A stretch of 60,165 nt of DNA from Candidatus Margulisiibacteriota bacterium (GCA_016779165.1 JADHOE010000003.1:1-60165), one strand, 5' to 3'; shown: positions 7,792 to 17,524, counted from the first letter of the stretch. Program-made: numbers and translations. Notes: generated by a model not told the origin, from the letters alone.

Positions 7792-9263
7792 GACTCAGTT
7801 ACCCGATCAATAAAAGCATCGGCCGCACGATTCAAGCGCTGCTGTTTTTCAGATGGCATTTTGGCCAAAGTGCTCACCGCCATTCGCATGCGATAATTTT
7901 TCTCAAAAAATGATCGGTGCTTGCCAATGAATCGCCAATACAAGCCATCGGCAATATCGCACCACTCACCGTTGCCATAATGGCTCATTTTTCGAATGTA
8001 ATTCGATCCACATAAATAGGGTTTTGTAGCAAAAATACCCCCATCGCTAAACTGGCTCATGCCATACACATTGGGCCCCATCACCCATTCAGCACCATCC
8101 ACAAAACATTCCATAAACCATTGATAAGCTTGGTTGGGGTGAACATCACAACACATCATGGTGGACCCCAGTACCATCAGACGGCCAATATGGTGTTGAT
8201 ACGCATGCGTCATGGTGCCATTAATGGCATCATCCAAGGGTAAGTGCCCGGTATCTCCTTTGTACCACGATTGATTCAACAAGCGCGTCGCACCCCAAAA
8301 GTTTGCATTGGATTGTTCGTCATTGTAGTGGTCATAAATCCCACGAATGAATTCGCGCCAGCCCATGACTTGCCGAACAAACCCTTCCAATGCGTTGATA
8401 GGCACAGTGTCCAAGCACACAATGGCATCATCAATCACTTCATTGGGGGTCAGTAGACCAATGTTTAACAGGGCCGATATGCCACTGTGAAACAACCATG
8501 GATCTCGGGTATCGATGGCATCTTCATAATCACCAAAGTTATTAAAATAATCCTGTTTAAACTGATGCCACCACGCCAAGGCTTGCCCGCGGGTAACGGG
8601 CAGCCACAAGTCATTGGCATCGCCAATGTGTTCCTTAAAACAATCATTCACCATGCCAATAACATCTAAGGTTATGGCATCACGCTCGGGCAACTGCCTC
8701 TTCGGAATTAATACCGTTAATGGGCACTTTTTACGATTATCCGCATCATAGCTCCATTGACCACCTATGGGGCCACCATTTGAATCCAATAAAATGTTAA
8801 ATCGTTTTCTGGATGCCTCATAAAATGTTTTCATGAAGGGCTTTTTAGTAGCGGCCAAATAGTCTGAAACGTCAGATGTCGTATTCAAAAACATTGGGGT
8901 GGCCAAGCAATCAAGCTGAATGCCTTCATTCATACAAAATGTGTCAATCACTCTGCGAAATGACGCATCAACAATATGGCGCACCACCAAGGTGTTTATT
9001 CCAGGCGCATTGGCTTTCAAGACCTCTGTAAAGGAGCGGTTTTCCTGAGAATCAAACGGTATATAGCATACATTGAATCCTACCTGAATCAGTGCGTCAC
9101 GATAATGCCGCATGGCCGAAAAAAAGAATGCAATTTTTAGTTTATGATAACGAATATTGGCGCATAAATCTCGGTGTTCAATCATTATAATTGGGCAATG
9201 TTTATCCATGGTTTCCAATGGATAAAACAACTGATCACCTAAAATTAACCGAAATGTGGTCAT
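7788..9263 (-). CDS. Bacterial (6-4) photolyase / CryPro family protein, apparently of the FeS-less subtype
   Basis: LILGDQL, MKTFYE, GGQWSYDADNRK, LFHSGISALLNIGLL, EGFVRQVMGWRE, YQHHIGRLMV and VMGPNVYGMSQFSDGG.FATKPY motifs. Confidence 0.9.
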   Translation of the reverse strand: MTTFRLILGDQLFYPLETMDKHCPIIMIEHRDLCANIRYHKLKIAFFFSAMRHYRDALIQVGFNVCYIPFDSQENRSFTEVLKANAPGINTLVVRHIVDASFRRVIDTFCMNEGIQLDCLATPMFLNTTSDVSDYLAATKKPFMKTFYEASRKRFNILLDSNGGPIGGQWSYDADNRKKCPLTVLIPKRQLPERDAITLDVIGMVNDCFKEHIGDANDLWLPVTRGQALAWWHQFKQDYFNNFGDYEDAIDTRDPWLFHSGISALLNIGLLTPNEVIDDAIVCLDTVPINALEGFVRQVMGWREFIRGIYDHYNDEQSNANFWGATRLLNQSWYKGDTGHLPLDDAINGTMTHAYQHHIGRLMVLGSTMMCCDVHPNQAYQWFMECFVDGAEWVMGPNVYGMSQFSDGGIFATKPYLCGSNYIRKMSHYGNGEWCDIADGLYWRFIGKHRSFFEKNYRMRMAVSTLAKMPSEKQQRLNRAADAFIDRVTES

Positions 9264-9352
9264 GCTTGTATTGTACCGTGTTTATTCATACGGTGTCATT
9301 CAAGCGAATTTTGCTTTACAAAGCATGCGTTCCCACATACTATATGACTATT

Positions 9353-9580
9353 ATGGCTAGACAAGATGAAATCACAAAGAAAAAGAAACGAGTTGCAAAC
9401 AACGTTTCTCACTCCAATCGTAAAACAAAACGTACTCAAAAAATCAATTTGCAAACCAAACGTTTTTTTATAGCGGAAGAAAACCGGTGGGTAAAATTAA
9501 AAGTAACCACCCGATCCATGCGCAGTATTGCTAAAATGGGTATTTTGGCATTTGCTAAAAAGCACGCCTTCTCGTTATAA
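9353..9580 (+). CDS. rpmB: 50S ribosomal protein L28
   Basis: MARQDEIT...ANNVSHSNRKTKR...NLQTKRFF..EENRWVKLKV; true start ATG 9353 lies inside the longer listed ORF. Confidence 0.93.
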   Translation: MARQDEITKKKKRVANNVSHSNRKTKRTQKINLQTKRFFIAEENRWVKLKVTTRSMRSIAKMGILAFAKKHAFSL

Positions 9581-9617
9581 ATTATCATTAATCCTCTCTA
9601 AATCATTGGTTGAGGGG

Positions 9618-11348
9618 TTATTTTTTAGGCAAGTGAATGGTAAAAGTCGTTCCTACACCAACGGTTGATTTAACGCTTGCTCTTCCACCGTGGGCAATGG
9701 CAATGTGTTTAACAATGGCAAGGCCAAGGCCTGTACCACCCATTTCACGACTTCTTGCCGTATCTACCCTATAAAACCGTTGAAATAACTTATCAATATG
9801 GGCATCAGCAATCCCTGGGCCTTCATCTTGCACATGAATCATATCCCCGTCATCTGACCTTGTGCTAAAAATTGTGACGGTTGTCTCATTTTTTGAGTAT
9901 TTAATTGCATTTTCCAGCAAGTTTTTTAAGGCTTGTTCCAACAACCGCTGATTGGCATGAATGATTACATCATTATGGTTTAATCGAATATGAATTTGTT
10001 TTTGATCAGCCATCGTATGGCAGTGGTTAACCACCTCTCCAATTAATTGCTCAAGACTTACATCGTATTTTTCTATGGCTCCCCCGCTTGTTTCAAGTTT
10101 GGACAATTGCAATAAATCATCAATAATTTGGGTCAATCGATCCGAATGGAGCACCCCTTTTTTGATCATGGACAATTGAACATCCAGCTGTTTTTCTTTT
10201 GCAATAATGAGCGTTTCAAACATGGACCTTATAAACGTAATGGGAGTCTTTAATTCATGGGACACATTAGCGACAAAGGCCTGGCGCGTGGACTCCAATC
10301 GTTTTAACTTGGTGATATCTTGGGCAATTAAAATGCCCCGAGGCTCTGTTCCATCGGAATAAATTGAACCTGAAATTAATATGGTTTTTCCATTGCCATG
10401 GTCGATCTCAATCGGGTCCACATCTTTCGTTTTAAGAATATCCTGCGCAAATGAAAACAATTCAGGATAATCACTCAAATGCATGGTTGCATTGCTTTGG
10501 CTTGCATTAAAAAACAACCCAAATGCAGCCTTATTCATTAACACAATGCCCATATGCGAGTCGTAAATAATAAGGCCATTGATCATGTTATTCAAAATCA
10601 AATCTTTCTTTTCTTTTTCTTTTGATTGCTTTGCAATAAAGCGGCTAATGTTGTTAGCCACATCCACCAACGATTGGTTTAAATTATTAATTTCACGAAT
10701 AAACGATTTTTTTGGAGACATTGCATAAAACTCACGGTTCTTTATGGCATTTAAGACAACAATGCTTTGTTGAATGGGGGATGCAATCCAATGCGACATA
10801 ACAAAGGTTAACAACAAACAAAACACAAACACAATAATGCTGTAAATAATGATTTTTTGTTGGACACGGCCCCACTCATGCCGCAAACTCTCAAGGGGTA
10901 CTGCCACGCGGTAAAAATGCCCATTACTGGCCAATTTGGCCACATAAACCAGTGGCTTACTTAATGTTTTAGATTCCCTTAAGGCAACACCAAATGGCGA
11001 GGTACTGGCCATTCGTATTTCTGGCCGATTAAGATGATTATCCATACCATCAGCGGGTTGATTTGAATCAAATATCACGTGGCCATTCGTTTTAATCACT
11101 GTCAACCGGTGCTGTCTATGATTAATAATAAATGCACGTAACCATTCATCATTGAATGCCAAATTAGGGCGCTGCTGGAAAACCCGTTCAATTATTGTTA
11201 ATTGGTTGGACAAATTCTGAATGGTTTGATCTTGAATATACTGTTTTGCAACGGACGTGGACACCCAAAAGAACCCTGTAATTGCCACCACCAACAACAC
11301 CATGTACGACCAAAACAGCTGAGAAAAATACCGTATATTAAGCGTCAA
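9618..11348 (-). CDS. phoR: PhoR-like sensor histidine kinase
   Basis: Two TM segments, HAMP/PAS-like linker, FVANVSHELKTP H-box, NLLENAIKY, DEGPGI, FYRVDTARSR..GGTGLGLAIVKH; TTG start at 11348 overlapping the phoB stop is inferred. Confidence 0.88.
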   Translation of the reverse strand: MTLNIRYFSQLFWSYMVLLVVAITGFFWVSTSVAKQYIQDQTIQNLSNQLTIIERVFQQRPNLAFNDEWLRAFIINHRQHRLTVIKTNGHVIFDSNQPADGMDNHLNRPEIRMASTSPFGVALRESKTLSKPLVYVAKLASNGHFYRVAVPLESLRHEWGRVQQKIIIYSIIVFVFCLLLTFVMSHWIASPIQQSIVVLNAIKNREFYAMSPKKSFIREINNLNQSLVDVANNISRFIAKQSKEKEKKDLILNNMINGLIIYDSHMGIVLMNKAAFGLFFNASQSNATMHLSDYPELFSFAQDILKTKDVDPIEIDHGNGKTILISGSIYSDGTEPRGILIAQDITKLKRLESTRQAFVANVSHELKTPITFIRSMFETLIIAKEKQLDVQLSMIKKGVLHSDRLTQIIDDLLQLSKLETSGGAIEKYDVSLEQLIGEVVNHCHTMADQKQIHIRLNHNDVIIHANQRLLEQALKNLLENAIKYSKNETTVTIFSTRSDDGDMIHVQDEGPGIADAHIDKLFQRFYRVDTARSREMGGTGLGLAIVKHIAIAHGGRASVKSTVGVGTTFTIHLPKK

Positions 11349-12042
11349 TGGTTTTGAATCGGTACCCCATACCTCGAACAGTTTCAATGCATGTCGCAGA
11401 TGCACCCAGTTTTTTTCGGATGGATACCATTAATACATCAATGGATCGGGCCGTGGATAATTGATCGTACGATTGGCATGCATCCATTAAATTTTGTCGG
11501 GTTAATACCCACCCAGGTTGATTCATTAACGCACGTAAAATATGAAACTCAGTGGCGTTTAACAAAATTGTTTCGCCATCCACTTGCACGCGCATGGTGG
11601 TAGTATCTAAACTTACCCCCCCAGCAGTAATGGCATCTGGGGTTACGCGTTTATCTTCTGATCGCCTGAGAATGGCTTTCATCTTTGAAATTAAAATGGG
11701 AATACTAAACGGCTTTGAAATATAATCGTCAGCACCTATTTCCAAGCCAGCAATCACATTGTGCTCCAGGGACTTCGCCGTTAAAAAAACAACAGGAATA
11801 TGGGATGTTTTGGGTTCGCTTTTAAGCTCTCGACACACCTGAAACCCGTCTTTGCCAGGAATCATAACATCAAGCAAAATAATTTCTGGCTGATGCCGTG
11901 TAGCAAATTCGAGTACCGAGTCACCAGAAAAAAGGGCATTCACATGAAAGCCATCGGCCGTTAAATTAAACGAAATCAATTCCGATATATCGGCTTCATC
12001 TTCAACAATTAGCACATGGATTGCCTTGGATTTATTGCTCAT
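11338..12042 (-). CDS. phoB: PhoB/OmpR-family response regulator
   Basis: IVEDE, ILLDVMIPGKDG, FLTAK, GADDYISKPF and IETVRGMGY motifs; coupled to a PhoR-like kinase. PhoB specificity is inferred from the neighbours. Confidence 0.85.
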   Translation of the reverse strand: MSNKSKAIHVLIVEDEADISELISFNLTADGFHVNALFSGDSVLEFATRHQPEIILLDVMIPGKDGFQVCRELKSEPKTSHIPVVFLTAKSLEHNVIAGLEIGADDYISKPFSIPILISKMKAILRRSEDKRVTPDAITAGGVSLDTTTMRVQVDGETILLNATEFHILRALMNQPGWVLTRQNLMDACQSYDQLSTARSIDVLMVSIRKKLGASATCIETVRGMGYRFKTIDA

Positions 12043-12101
12043 TTTGAATTTACCAGAAATACAATCGTCATTTTACCAATATGGTACGATTATTTAAAAT
12101 T

Positions 12102-12121
12102 ATTGAAAAGAGCTTTTCAAT
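12102..12121. promoter_or_regulatory. Perfect inverted repeat in the divergent phoB / transporter promoter region
   Basis: ATTGAAAAG-AG-CTTTTCAAT (9-2-9). Confidence 0.5.
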
Positions 12122-12180
12122 TTTAAAAGCCTTGGTTAGTATTGAGTCGTGAATTCAGCAAAAATGCGTGAGTTAAATTG

Positions 12181-13245
12181 ATGACATTAACAAAAACTCT
12201 TTTTCAGTTTGTTCAAAAAGAACGAATTTTTTTAATGATTATCGGCTTGCTTTTTATGGCATCGTTCATTGCCCCAATTCCAAATTTAGCCAGATGGCTT
12301 GGGTTTTTAATTGCTGGCTATGCGGCCGTTGCCAATGATTCCATTCAAACCATTGGAACATTTATTGCGTCCAATCGTCACCGGCCATGGTGGTTGTTGT
12401 GGGCATTTATTGGTGGAATTTTCATTGTTACCACAGCCTATTCGTGGGTTGCTTATAGTGGGGATGTTTCATATGGCCGATTGGCCTCCAAAGGCTTTAG
12501 CGAAACACCTGCAGCATTTTCATACCTGCAAATAGCAGCCCCCATATTTTTACTTATTTTAACGCGGCTAAAAATGCCCGTTTCAACCACATTTTTAATT
12601 TTAACAGCCTTTTCCACCAGCTCAAAAAGTGTAGCCAATGTGCTTATAAAAAGCCTAACGGGTTATGGATTGGCCTTTGTTATCGCCTTTGTTTCATGGC
12701 TATTGGTTAGTCGATTGATTCAACGATTTAGCAAAAACACCCCCCACCCCTATTGGTTTGTGGCTCAGTGGTTAAGTACTGGCGTATTGTGGTCGGTTTG
12801 GCTGATGCAAGATGCAGCAAATATTGCCGTTTATCTGCCCAGGCAATTAAGCGCGTCTGAATTTTTATTTTTTGCCATTCCAATTGTATTGGGGCTTGGG
12901 TTTATGCTCTTTAAAGGCGGGGCAAAAATTCAACAAGTGGTGGAGGAAAAATCCAGGGTATCCGATGTTCGCTCAGCCACATTGGTGGATTTTATTTATG
13001 CGATTATTTTATTTTACTTCAAGCTTCATTCAAAAATTCCCATGAGCACCACCTGGGTATTTTTGGGTTTATTGGCCGGCCGAGAAATTGCCATGAGCAT
13101 TAAAAAAACATCCAATCAAAGCATGGAATCTGCCATTCGCATGTCATTAAAAGATGCCATCATGGCCCTTATTGGTCTGGCCGTTTCTTTTGGCATTGCC
13201 ATTGGGTGCAATGATGCCATGCGTCAAGCACTGCTTGGCTCATAA
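12181..13245 (+). CDS. PiT/PHO4-like inorganic anion (phosphate) permease
   Basis: Multi-pass membrane protein; ANDSIQTIGT resembles the PiT GANDxAN motif; two PVSTT/PMSTT repeats; divergent from phoBR. Confidence 0.65.
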   Translation: MTLTKTLFQFVQKERIFLMIIGLLFMASFIAPIPNLARWLGFLIAGYAAVANDSIQTIGTFIASNRHRPWWLLWAFIGGIFIVTTAYSWVAYSGDVSYGRLASKGFSETPAAFSYLQIAAPIFLLILTRLKMPVSTTFLILTAFSTSSKSVANVLIKSLTGYGLAFVIAFVSWLLVSRLIQRFSKNTPHPYWFVAQWLSTGVLWSVWLMQDAANIAVYLPRQLSASEFLFFAIPIVLGLGFMLFKGGAKIQQVVEEKSRVSDVRSATLVDFIYAIILFYFKLHSKIPMSTTWVFLGLLAGREIAMSIKKTSNQSMESAIRMSLKDAIMALIGLAVSFGIAIGCNDAMRQALLGS

Positions 13246-13246
13246 C

Positions 13247-14725
13247 TTACTCAAAGTAATAATTGATAAACTCTTTAACCAAAATGCCACCATCATCCAC
13301 TAAATTAAACTGATTAATGGTCGCATCACCTTTCCAGCTAAACGAAAAATTTAACTGGCCTTCGGGACTTTTTTTAACACCATCAAGCACAAACGATGCC
13401 GCACTAAATGTTCCTCCATCGTTAATTCGCCAAATGCTTTCGCCATCCATGCTAAAAACAGCGGCATAATCAGAAAACATAAATCGCTCCTTTTGTTTCA
13501 CTACAATGGTTCCCAGGTGGTCTTTTCCATTGGGTCGAAACATGGCCACAAACACTTGCCCATCATCTCCAAATTTGGCGATGCGCCACAAATTAAGCAA
13601 CCGGCGCTTCTTTTTGATTTCTATTTTGTTAATAATTCGAATGTCCGTAACAACCGTACGTTCATTTTTAAAATCAATGGTGTCAAACAATGCCGTCTCA
13701 TCAGCGATTTCAGAATCAGCAAGTTCAGGGTCACTCTGCGAAGCATCCAGAACCAAGTCGTCATCAATCGGTGTATCTGCAGAAGATGCGTCATCCGCAT
13801 TATCAATGGTTACAGCCACTTGATCATCGGTATCTGTTGATCGAAATATATCCTTAATTGGTGCAATTGCAACCCCAATTGCCCGCCAAATCTTTTGTTT
13901 AAAAAGCGTCACCAAAGTCATGTAACGTGGCACCATAATGGTGTCATTGGCTTTAAAGACATCAATAATACGCTGGGGAATGTAAGGGTAAACAAAATCA
14001 TTTTGTACATAGGCATGGTACGCTAAATAGGGGTTATCCCTGACCTCTTTTGGTAGCTCTAGATACAATAACCCATTGTGCATAATGAACTTTTTTCGTT
14101 GGTGTTCCGACAATGTATGCTGAATTGCCATGTGCTTGTAAATATCATCGTAGGTGGGTTTGGCATCAAATAGCGCTTGGGTAATGGCTGGGTGACGTTT
14201 ATACCGAAGCGTAATGTCATTAAACACAATGGGGCGCTTCTTTACCAAGGCCACCGAAATACGCAAATAATCAGGGTGGGAATCTGGGATTGCGGCCATA
14301 ATTTTTGGGTGGTAGCGTGCCACATGCATAATAAATTCAGGGTGATAAATAACATCGCGTATCATGCGATTTTTGGTAGTGGCCTCTGCTGTAAGTTGCC
14401 GGGCATAGACCAATTTTTCCATTAATACATTGCCTTTCGGTTGATTTAACCATGAACACGCCATAATGTTTTTGGCATCCTCATGCCCCATTACCTTTTC
14501 AAAAATGCCAGGCTTAAAAAACTCCTTATGCAGTGCGCTCAATAATGCCTGGTTGCACCTGACCTTTTTCTTAAACTGAATCAACCCATCATTTTGACGC
14601 TCTTGAATGATTGAGTCTCTTAAATAGGGCCCATACAAATAATTATTTAGTGTCGAATTGTCCATATCCATGGCAAAACCAACGCCCCCCATCAAAGCTA
14701 AAAATATAATAATAATAAAAGACAT
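13247..14725 (-). CDS. Exported hypothetical protein with DUF4116-like repeats and an acidic linker
   Basis: Signal-like MSFIIIIFLALMGGVGFA at 14725 (longer listed start 14902); repeats such as HNGLLYLELPKEVRDNPYLAYHAYVQN; D/E-rich linker. The DUF call is tentative. Confidence 0.7.
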   Translation of the reverse strand: MSFIIIIFLALMGGVGFAMDMDNSTLNNYLYGPYLRDSIIQERQNDGLIQFKKKVRCNQALLSALHKEFFKPGIFEKVMGHEDAKNIMACSWLNQPKGNVLMEKLVYARQLTAEATTKNRMIRDVIYHPEFIMHVARYHPKIMAAIPDSHPDYLRISVALVKKRPIVFNDITLRYKRHPAITQALFDAKPTYDDIYKHMAIQHTLSEHQRKKFIMHNGLLYLELPKEVRDNPYLAYHAYVQNDFVYPYIPQRIIDVFKANDTIMVPRYMTLVTLFKQKIWRAIGVAIAPIKDIFRSTDTDDQVAVTIDNADDASSADTPIDDDLVLDASQSDPELADSEIADETALFDTIDFKNERTVVTDIRIINKIEIKKKRRLLNLWRIAKFGDDGQVFVAMFRPNGKDHLGTIVVKQKERFMFSDYAAVFSMDGESIWRINDGGTFSAASFVLDGVKKSPEGQLNFSFSWKGDATINQFNLVDDGGILVKEFINYYFE

Positions 14726-14920
14726 GGATAATTTGTTATGCCCATGTTCAGAAAATTTAAACATCAATTTCAACCAAAAGTGTACACCAAATCCACAAAA
14801 CCTCCCATATTCTAGTCGCCAATCGCTCTGGCAACGCATTATTAAAATAACACCTTGAATGCTGGAGTGATATTTTTTAAAATAGAGCCAGCCTGATAAC
14901 ACAATGGTTAGGAGACCTTT

Positions 14921-16027
14921 ATGACAAATACCAATCGAATCATTAACTTTAGCGCTGGTCCAGCGGCAATTCCAGAATCTGTGTTACTCGAAGCTCAAAG
15001 CAACCTATTTAATTACAAAGGTCTGGGCCTATCTGTTATGGAAATGTCCCATCGATCTAAGGCTTACGATGCCATTCATAACGACGCAATTAACGATTTA
15101 AAAACCCTACTTAACGTGCCAGATAATTATCGAATTTTATTTCTTCAAGGTGGTGCATCCATGCAATTTGCCATGTTACCCATGAACTTTGCGCAGCATC
15201 AACCCGTGGATGTGATTCATACCGGTAGTTGGACCAAAAAAGCAATTGATGAACTCAAAAAAGGGTACCAATACCGGGTGGTTGCAAGCAGTGAAGACCA
15301 AAAATTTTTAGGCTTGCCTGATGCATCCAAGATTTCATTTAATGATGATGCGGCCTACACCTACATGTGCTCAAATAACACCATTTTCGGTACCCAATTC
15401 AAAACATTTCCCACCCATAGTAAACGGCCATTGGTGGTGGATATGTCATCAGATATTTTATCTCGGCCACTAAATGTATCGGACTTTGGCATTATTTTTG
15501 CCGGTGCACAAAAGAACATTGGGCCATCTGGGGTTACGGTTGTCATTATAAAAGACGAGTTATTGGACACCTGCCACCCCGACGCACCAGTGTTTTTTAA
15601 TTACACATCCCATGCATCCGCGAACTCCTTGTACAACACCCCACCCACCTTTGGGATTTACATTGCACATTTGGTATTCAAACGCTTGCTCGAGTTGGGT
15701 GGGTTAAAGGAGCAAGAAAAACAAAACACACTTAAAGCCAATTGCTTGTACCAGGCCATTGATGAAAGTTCACAGTTTTATTGTCCCGTGCCAAAAGAGG
15801 ATCGTTCACCAATGAATGTGGTATTTCGTCATCAAGATCACAATGAATCCATTGAATCTGCATTTATTTCAGAAGCAAAAGCGGCAGGTTTTGATGGGCT
15901 AAAAGGCCACCGAAGCGTGGGCGGCCTTCGCGCATCCATTTACAACGCACAAGAACTGGCCCAGATTGAACAGTTTTCGACGTTTATTCGAGAATTTTCA
16001 AAAAAGGCACTCGTCCATTCGCACTGA
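14921..16027 (+). CDS. serC: Phosphoserine aminotransferase
   Basis: INFSAGPA, SVMEMSHRS, FLQGGA, DMSSDI, FAGAQKNIGPSG, NTPPTF and GHRSVGGLRASIYNA motifs. Confidence 0.97.
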   Translation: MTNTNRIINFSAGPAAIPESVLLEAQSNLFNYKGLGLSVMEMSHRSKAYDAIHNDAINDLKTLLNVPDNYRILFLQGGASMQFAMLPMNFAQHQPVDVIHTGSWTKKAIDELKKGYQYRVVASSEDQKFLGLPDASKISFNDDAAYTYMCSNNTIFGTQFKTFPTHSKRPLVVDMSSDILSRPLNVSDFGIIFAGAQKNIGPSGVTVVIIKDELLDTCHPDAPVFFNYTSHASANSLYNTPPTFGIYIAHLVFKRLLELGGLKEQEKQNTLKANCLYQAIDESSQFYCPVPKEDRSPMNVVFRHQDHNESIESAFISEAKAAGFDGLKGHRSVGGLRASIYNAQELAQIEQFSTFIREFSKKALVHSH

Positions 16028-16032
16028 CGTAG

Positions 16033-17400
16033 TTAAACACAGCCAAGAGTAAAGCACACTACCAATTGGTGCCGCTGTTTCAGTGTTTGTAAAGCTGACT
16101 TATTGGTATGCACGAGCAACAATTCAACGGGGTTATTTGAAAGCACCACCTTGGTGGTTGCTTGAATTGGCAATTGCACCAATGGGGATATGTCCCATAC
16201 CTCGTTTTGATTAAACGATGCATGCATCAATTGCGGGCATGATGCAATGGCATCAATATCGTCGATTGAATTATGATCCAAAAATAACCACTGCAATTGG
16301 TTAAGCCCCTGCAATGGGGCAATAGAACCAATGCGATTATGATTGGCGGACAACCATTCAATATTCTTTAAATGCTGAATGCCATTCAGGCTTCGAATCT
16401 GGTTTCTTCCAATATTCAGGTGCCTTAATTCCAACAACCCAGACAGGGCGTCAATGGTTGAGATGTGATTCCCTGCCAAATTCAATTGCCTTAAATGCTT
16501 CAATTCTGCCAATGGGGCAATGTCACGAATTGTATTATGAGACAAATTCAAATACCGAAGGTGTTTCAAGTAGCTTAATGGTGAAATGCTGGAAATCTCA
16601 TGGTTTTTTTCTAAATTTAAATGGCGAAGATTCGTTAACACCTTGAATTCACTCAGATCTGAGATACTGTTTCCAGGTATATCAAGGCGAGTTAATTGAG
16701 GCAGCCATTGAAGCGCCGCTAATCCATCGACCTTATTGCCATAAATACCCAATGATACCAAGCCCGTCATTTGACGCAGCACTGTTAGCTCCTCAAGGTT
16801 AATGTGTCGGACATGAATATCCAGCTTTTTTATGCTCGTAAATAATCCCAACATCCGATTAATATCAGCGGCTGACAGTTCAGTATCAGATTGACTGTCT
16901 TTAATGCATAGGTTTTGTACCGATGCCAAATCATTTATGGTGATTTGGGGCAAGGGTTTATTCAGGTAGTTTGGCAAGGAAATGCAAGATTCACCATTGT
17001 TTACCATGAGTGACTCAGACCTGTAATCGTCACCAATGTGAACATAATGAGATGAGAGTGGCCGATTGCCATTGGATGCTGATGTTACCCGATACCGGTA
17101 ATTGTGGCCAACCTGAATGTCATCATCCTGCCATTCATTAACATTACTAGTGTAGACTTTAAAAAATTTGGACTGACCCACGGCCTTTTGAACCACCATG
17201 ATATCCGCACCAAACCTGGTCGGTTGCTTCCAAGTCAAATGAACCTTGCCATTAATCACTGACACCTTTGTCCCAATGTGATTGGGGCCAACACTGTATG
17301 TTTTTGCCGAGTAAAAAGGGGATTGTGCGTGGCACAAGGTAACAAATACCGCAAGTAAAATAGCAAGAAATAGTCCGTTCAAATGATAAATAAATCCCAT
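16033..17400 (-). CDS. Exported internalin-like leucine-rich-repeat protein with an N-terminal FN3-like segment
   Basis: Signal peptide; LTW...Y...W.D...G.NY.YRV segment; about 9 repeats of 22 aa of type L..L.L..N.I.DI..L; SD AAGGAG. Confidence 0.88.
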   Translation of the reverse strand: MGFIYHLNGLFLAILLAVFVTLCHAQSPFYSAKTYSVGPNHIGTKVSVINGKVHLTWKQPTRFGADIMVVQKAVGQSKFFKVYTSNVNEWQDDDIQVGHNYRYRVTSASNGNRPLSSHYVHIGDDYRSESLMVNNGESCISLPNYLNKPLPQITINDLASVQNLCIKDSQSDTELSAADINRMLGLFTSIKKLDIHVRHINLEELTVLRQMTGLVSLGIYGNKVDGLAALQWLPQLTRLDIPGNSISDLSEFKVLTNLRHLNLEKNHEISSISPLSYLKHLRYLNLSHNTIRDIAPLAELKHLRQLNLAGNHISTIDALSGLLELRHLNIGRNQIRSLNGIQHLKNIEWLSANHNRIGSIAPLQGLNQLQWLFLDHNSIDDIDAIASCPQLMHASFNQNEVWDISPLVQLPIQATTKVVLSNNPVELLLVHTNKSALQTLKQRHQLVVCFTLGCV

Positions 17401-17524
17401 GGTTCATGCTCCTTATCTTAAACCAAAGGCACGCAACAATTCATTGCCAGTGGTGTGACCCTATGTCGTACTAAATATCGTCACTAAGGCGCCAACGGTT
17501 TCATAGGCTCAGTGATGCACAACA

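Noticed and set aside
9191-9352. 5' extension of the rpmB ORF (similar extensions on hisI, phoR, mdh, mnmA, hemJ and def)
   Set aside because: These are longest-ORF artefacts; family-typical N-termini begin at the downstream starts given in the features.
12043-12180. Canonical Pho box in the phoB promoter
   Set aside because: Only one GTCAT half-site is present, with no partner 11 nt away on either side.
17401-17524. Possible riboswitch upstream of the LRR gene
   Set aside because: Only a 6-bp CCTATG/CATAGG pairing is visible, which is expected by chance; no known aptamer consensus recognised.
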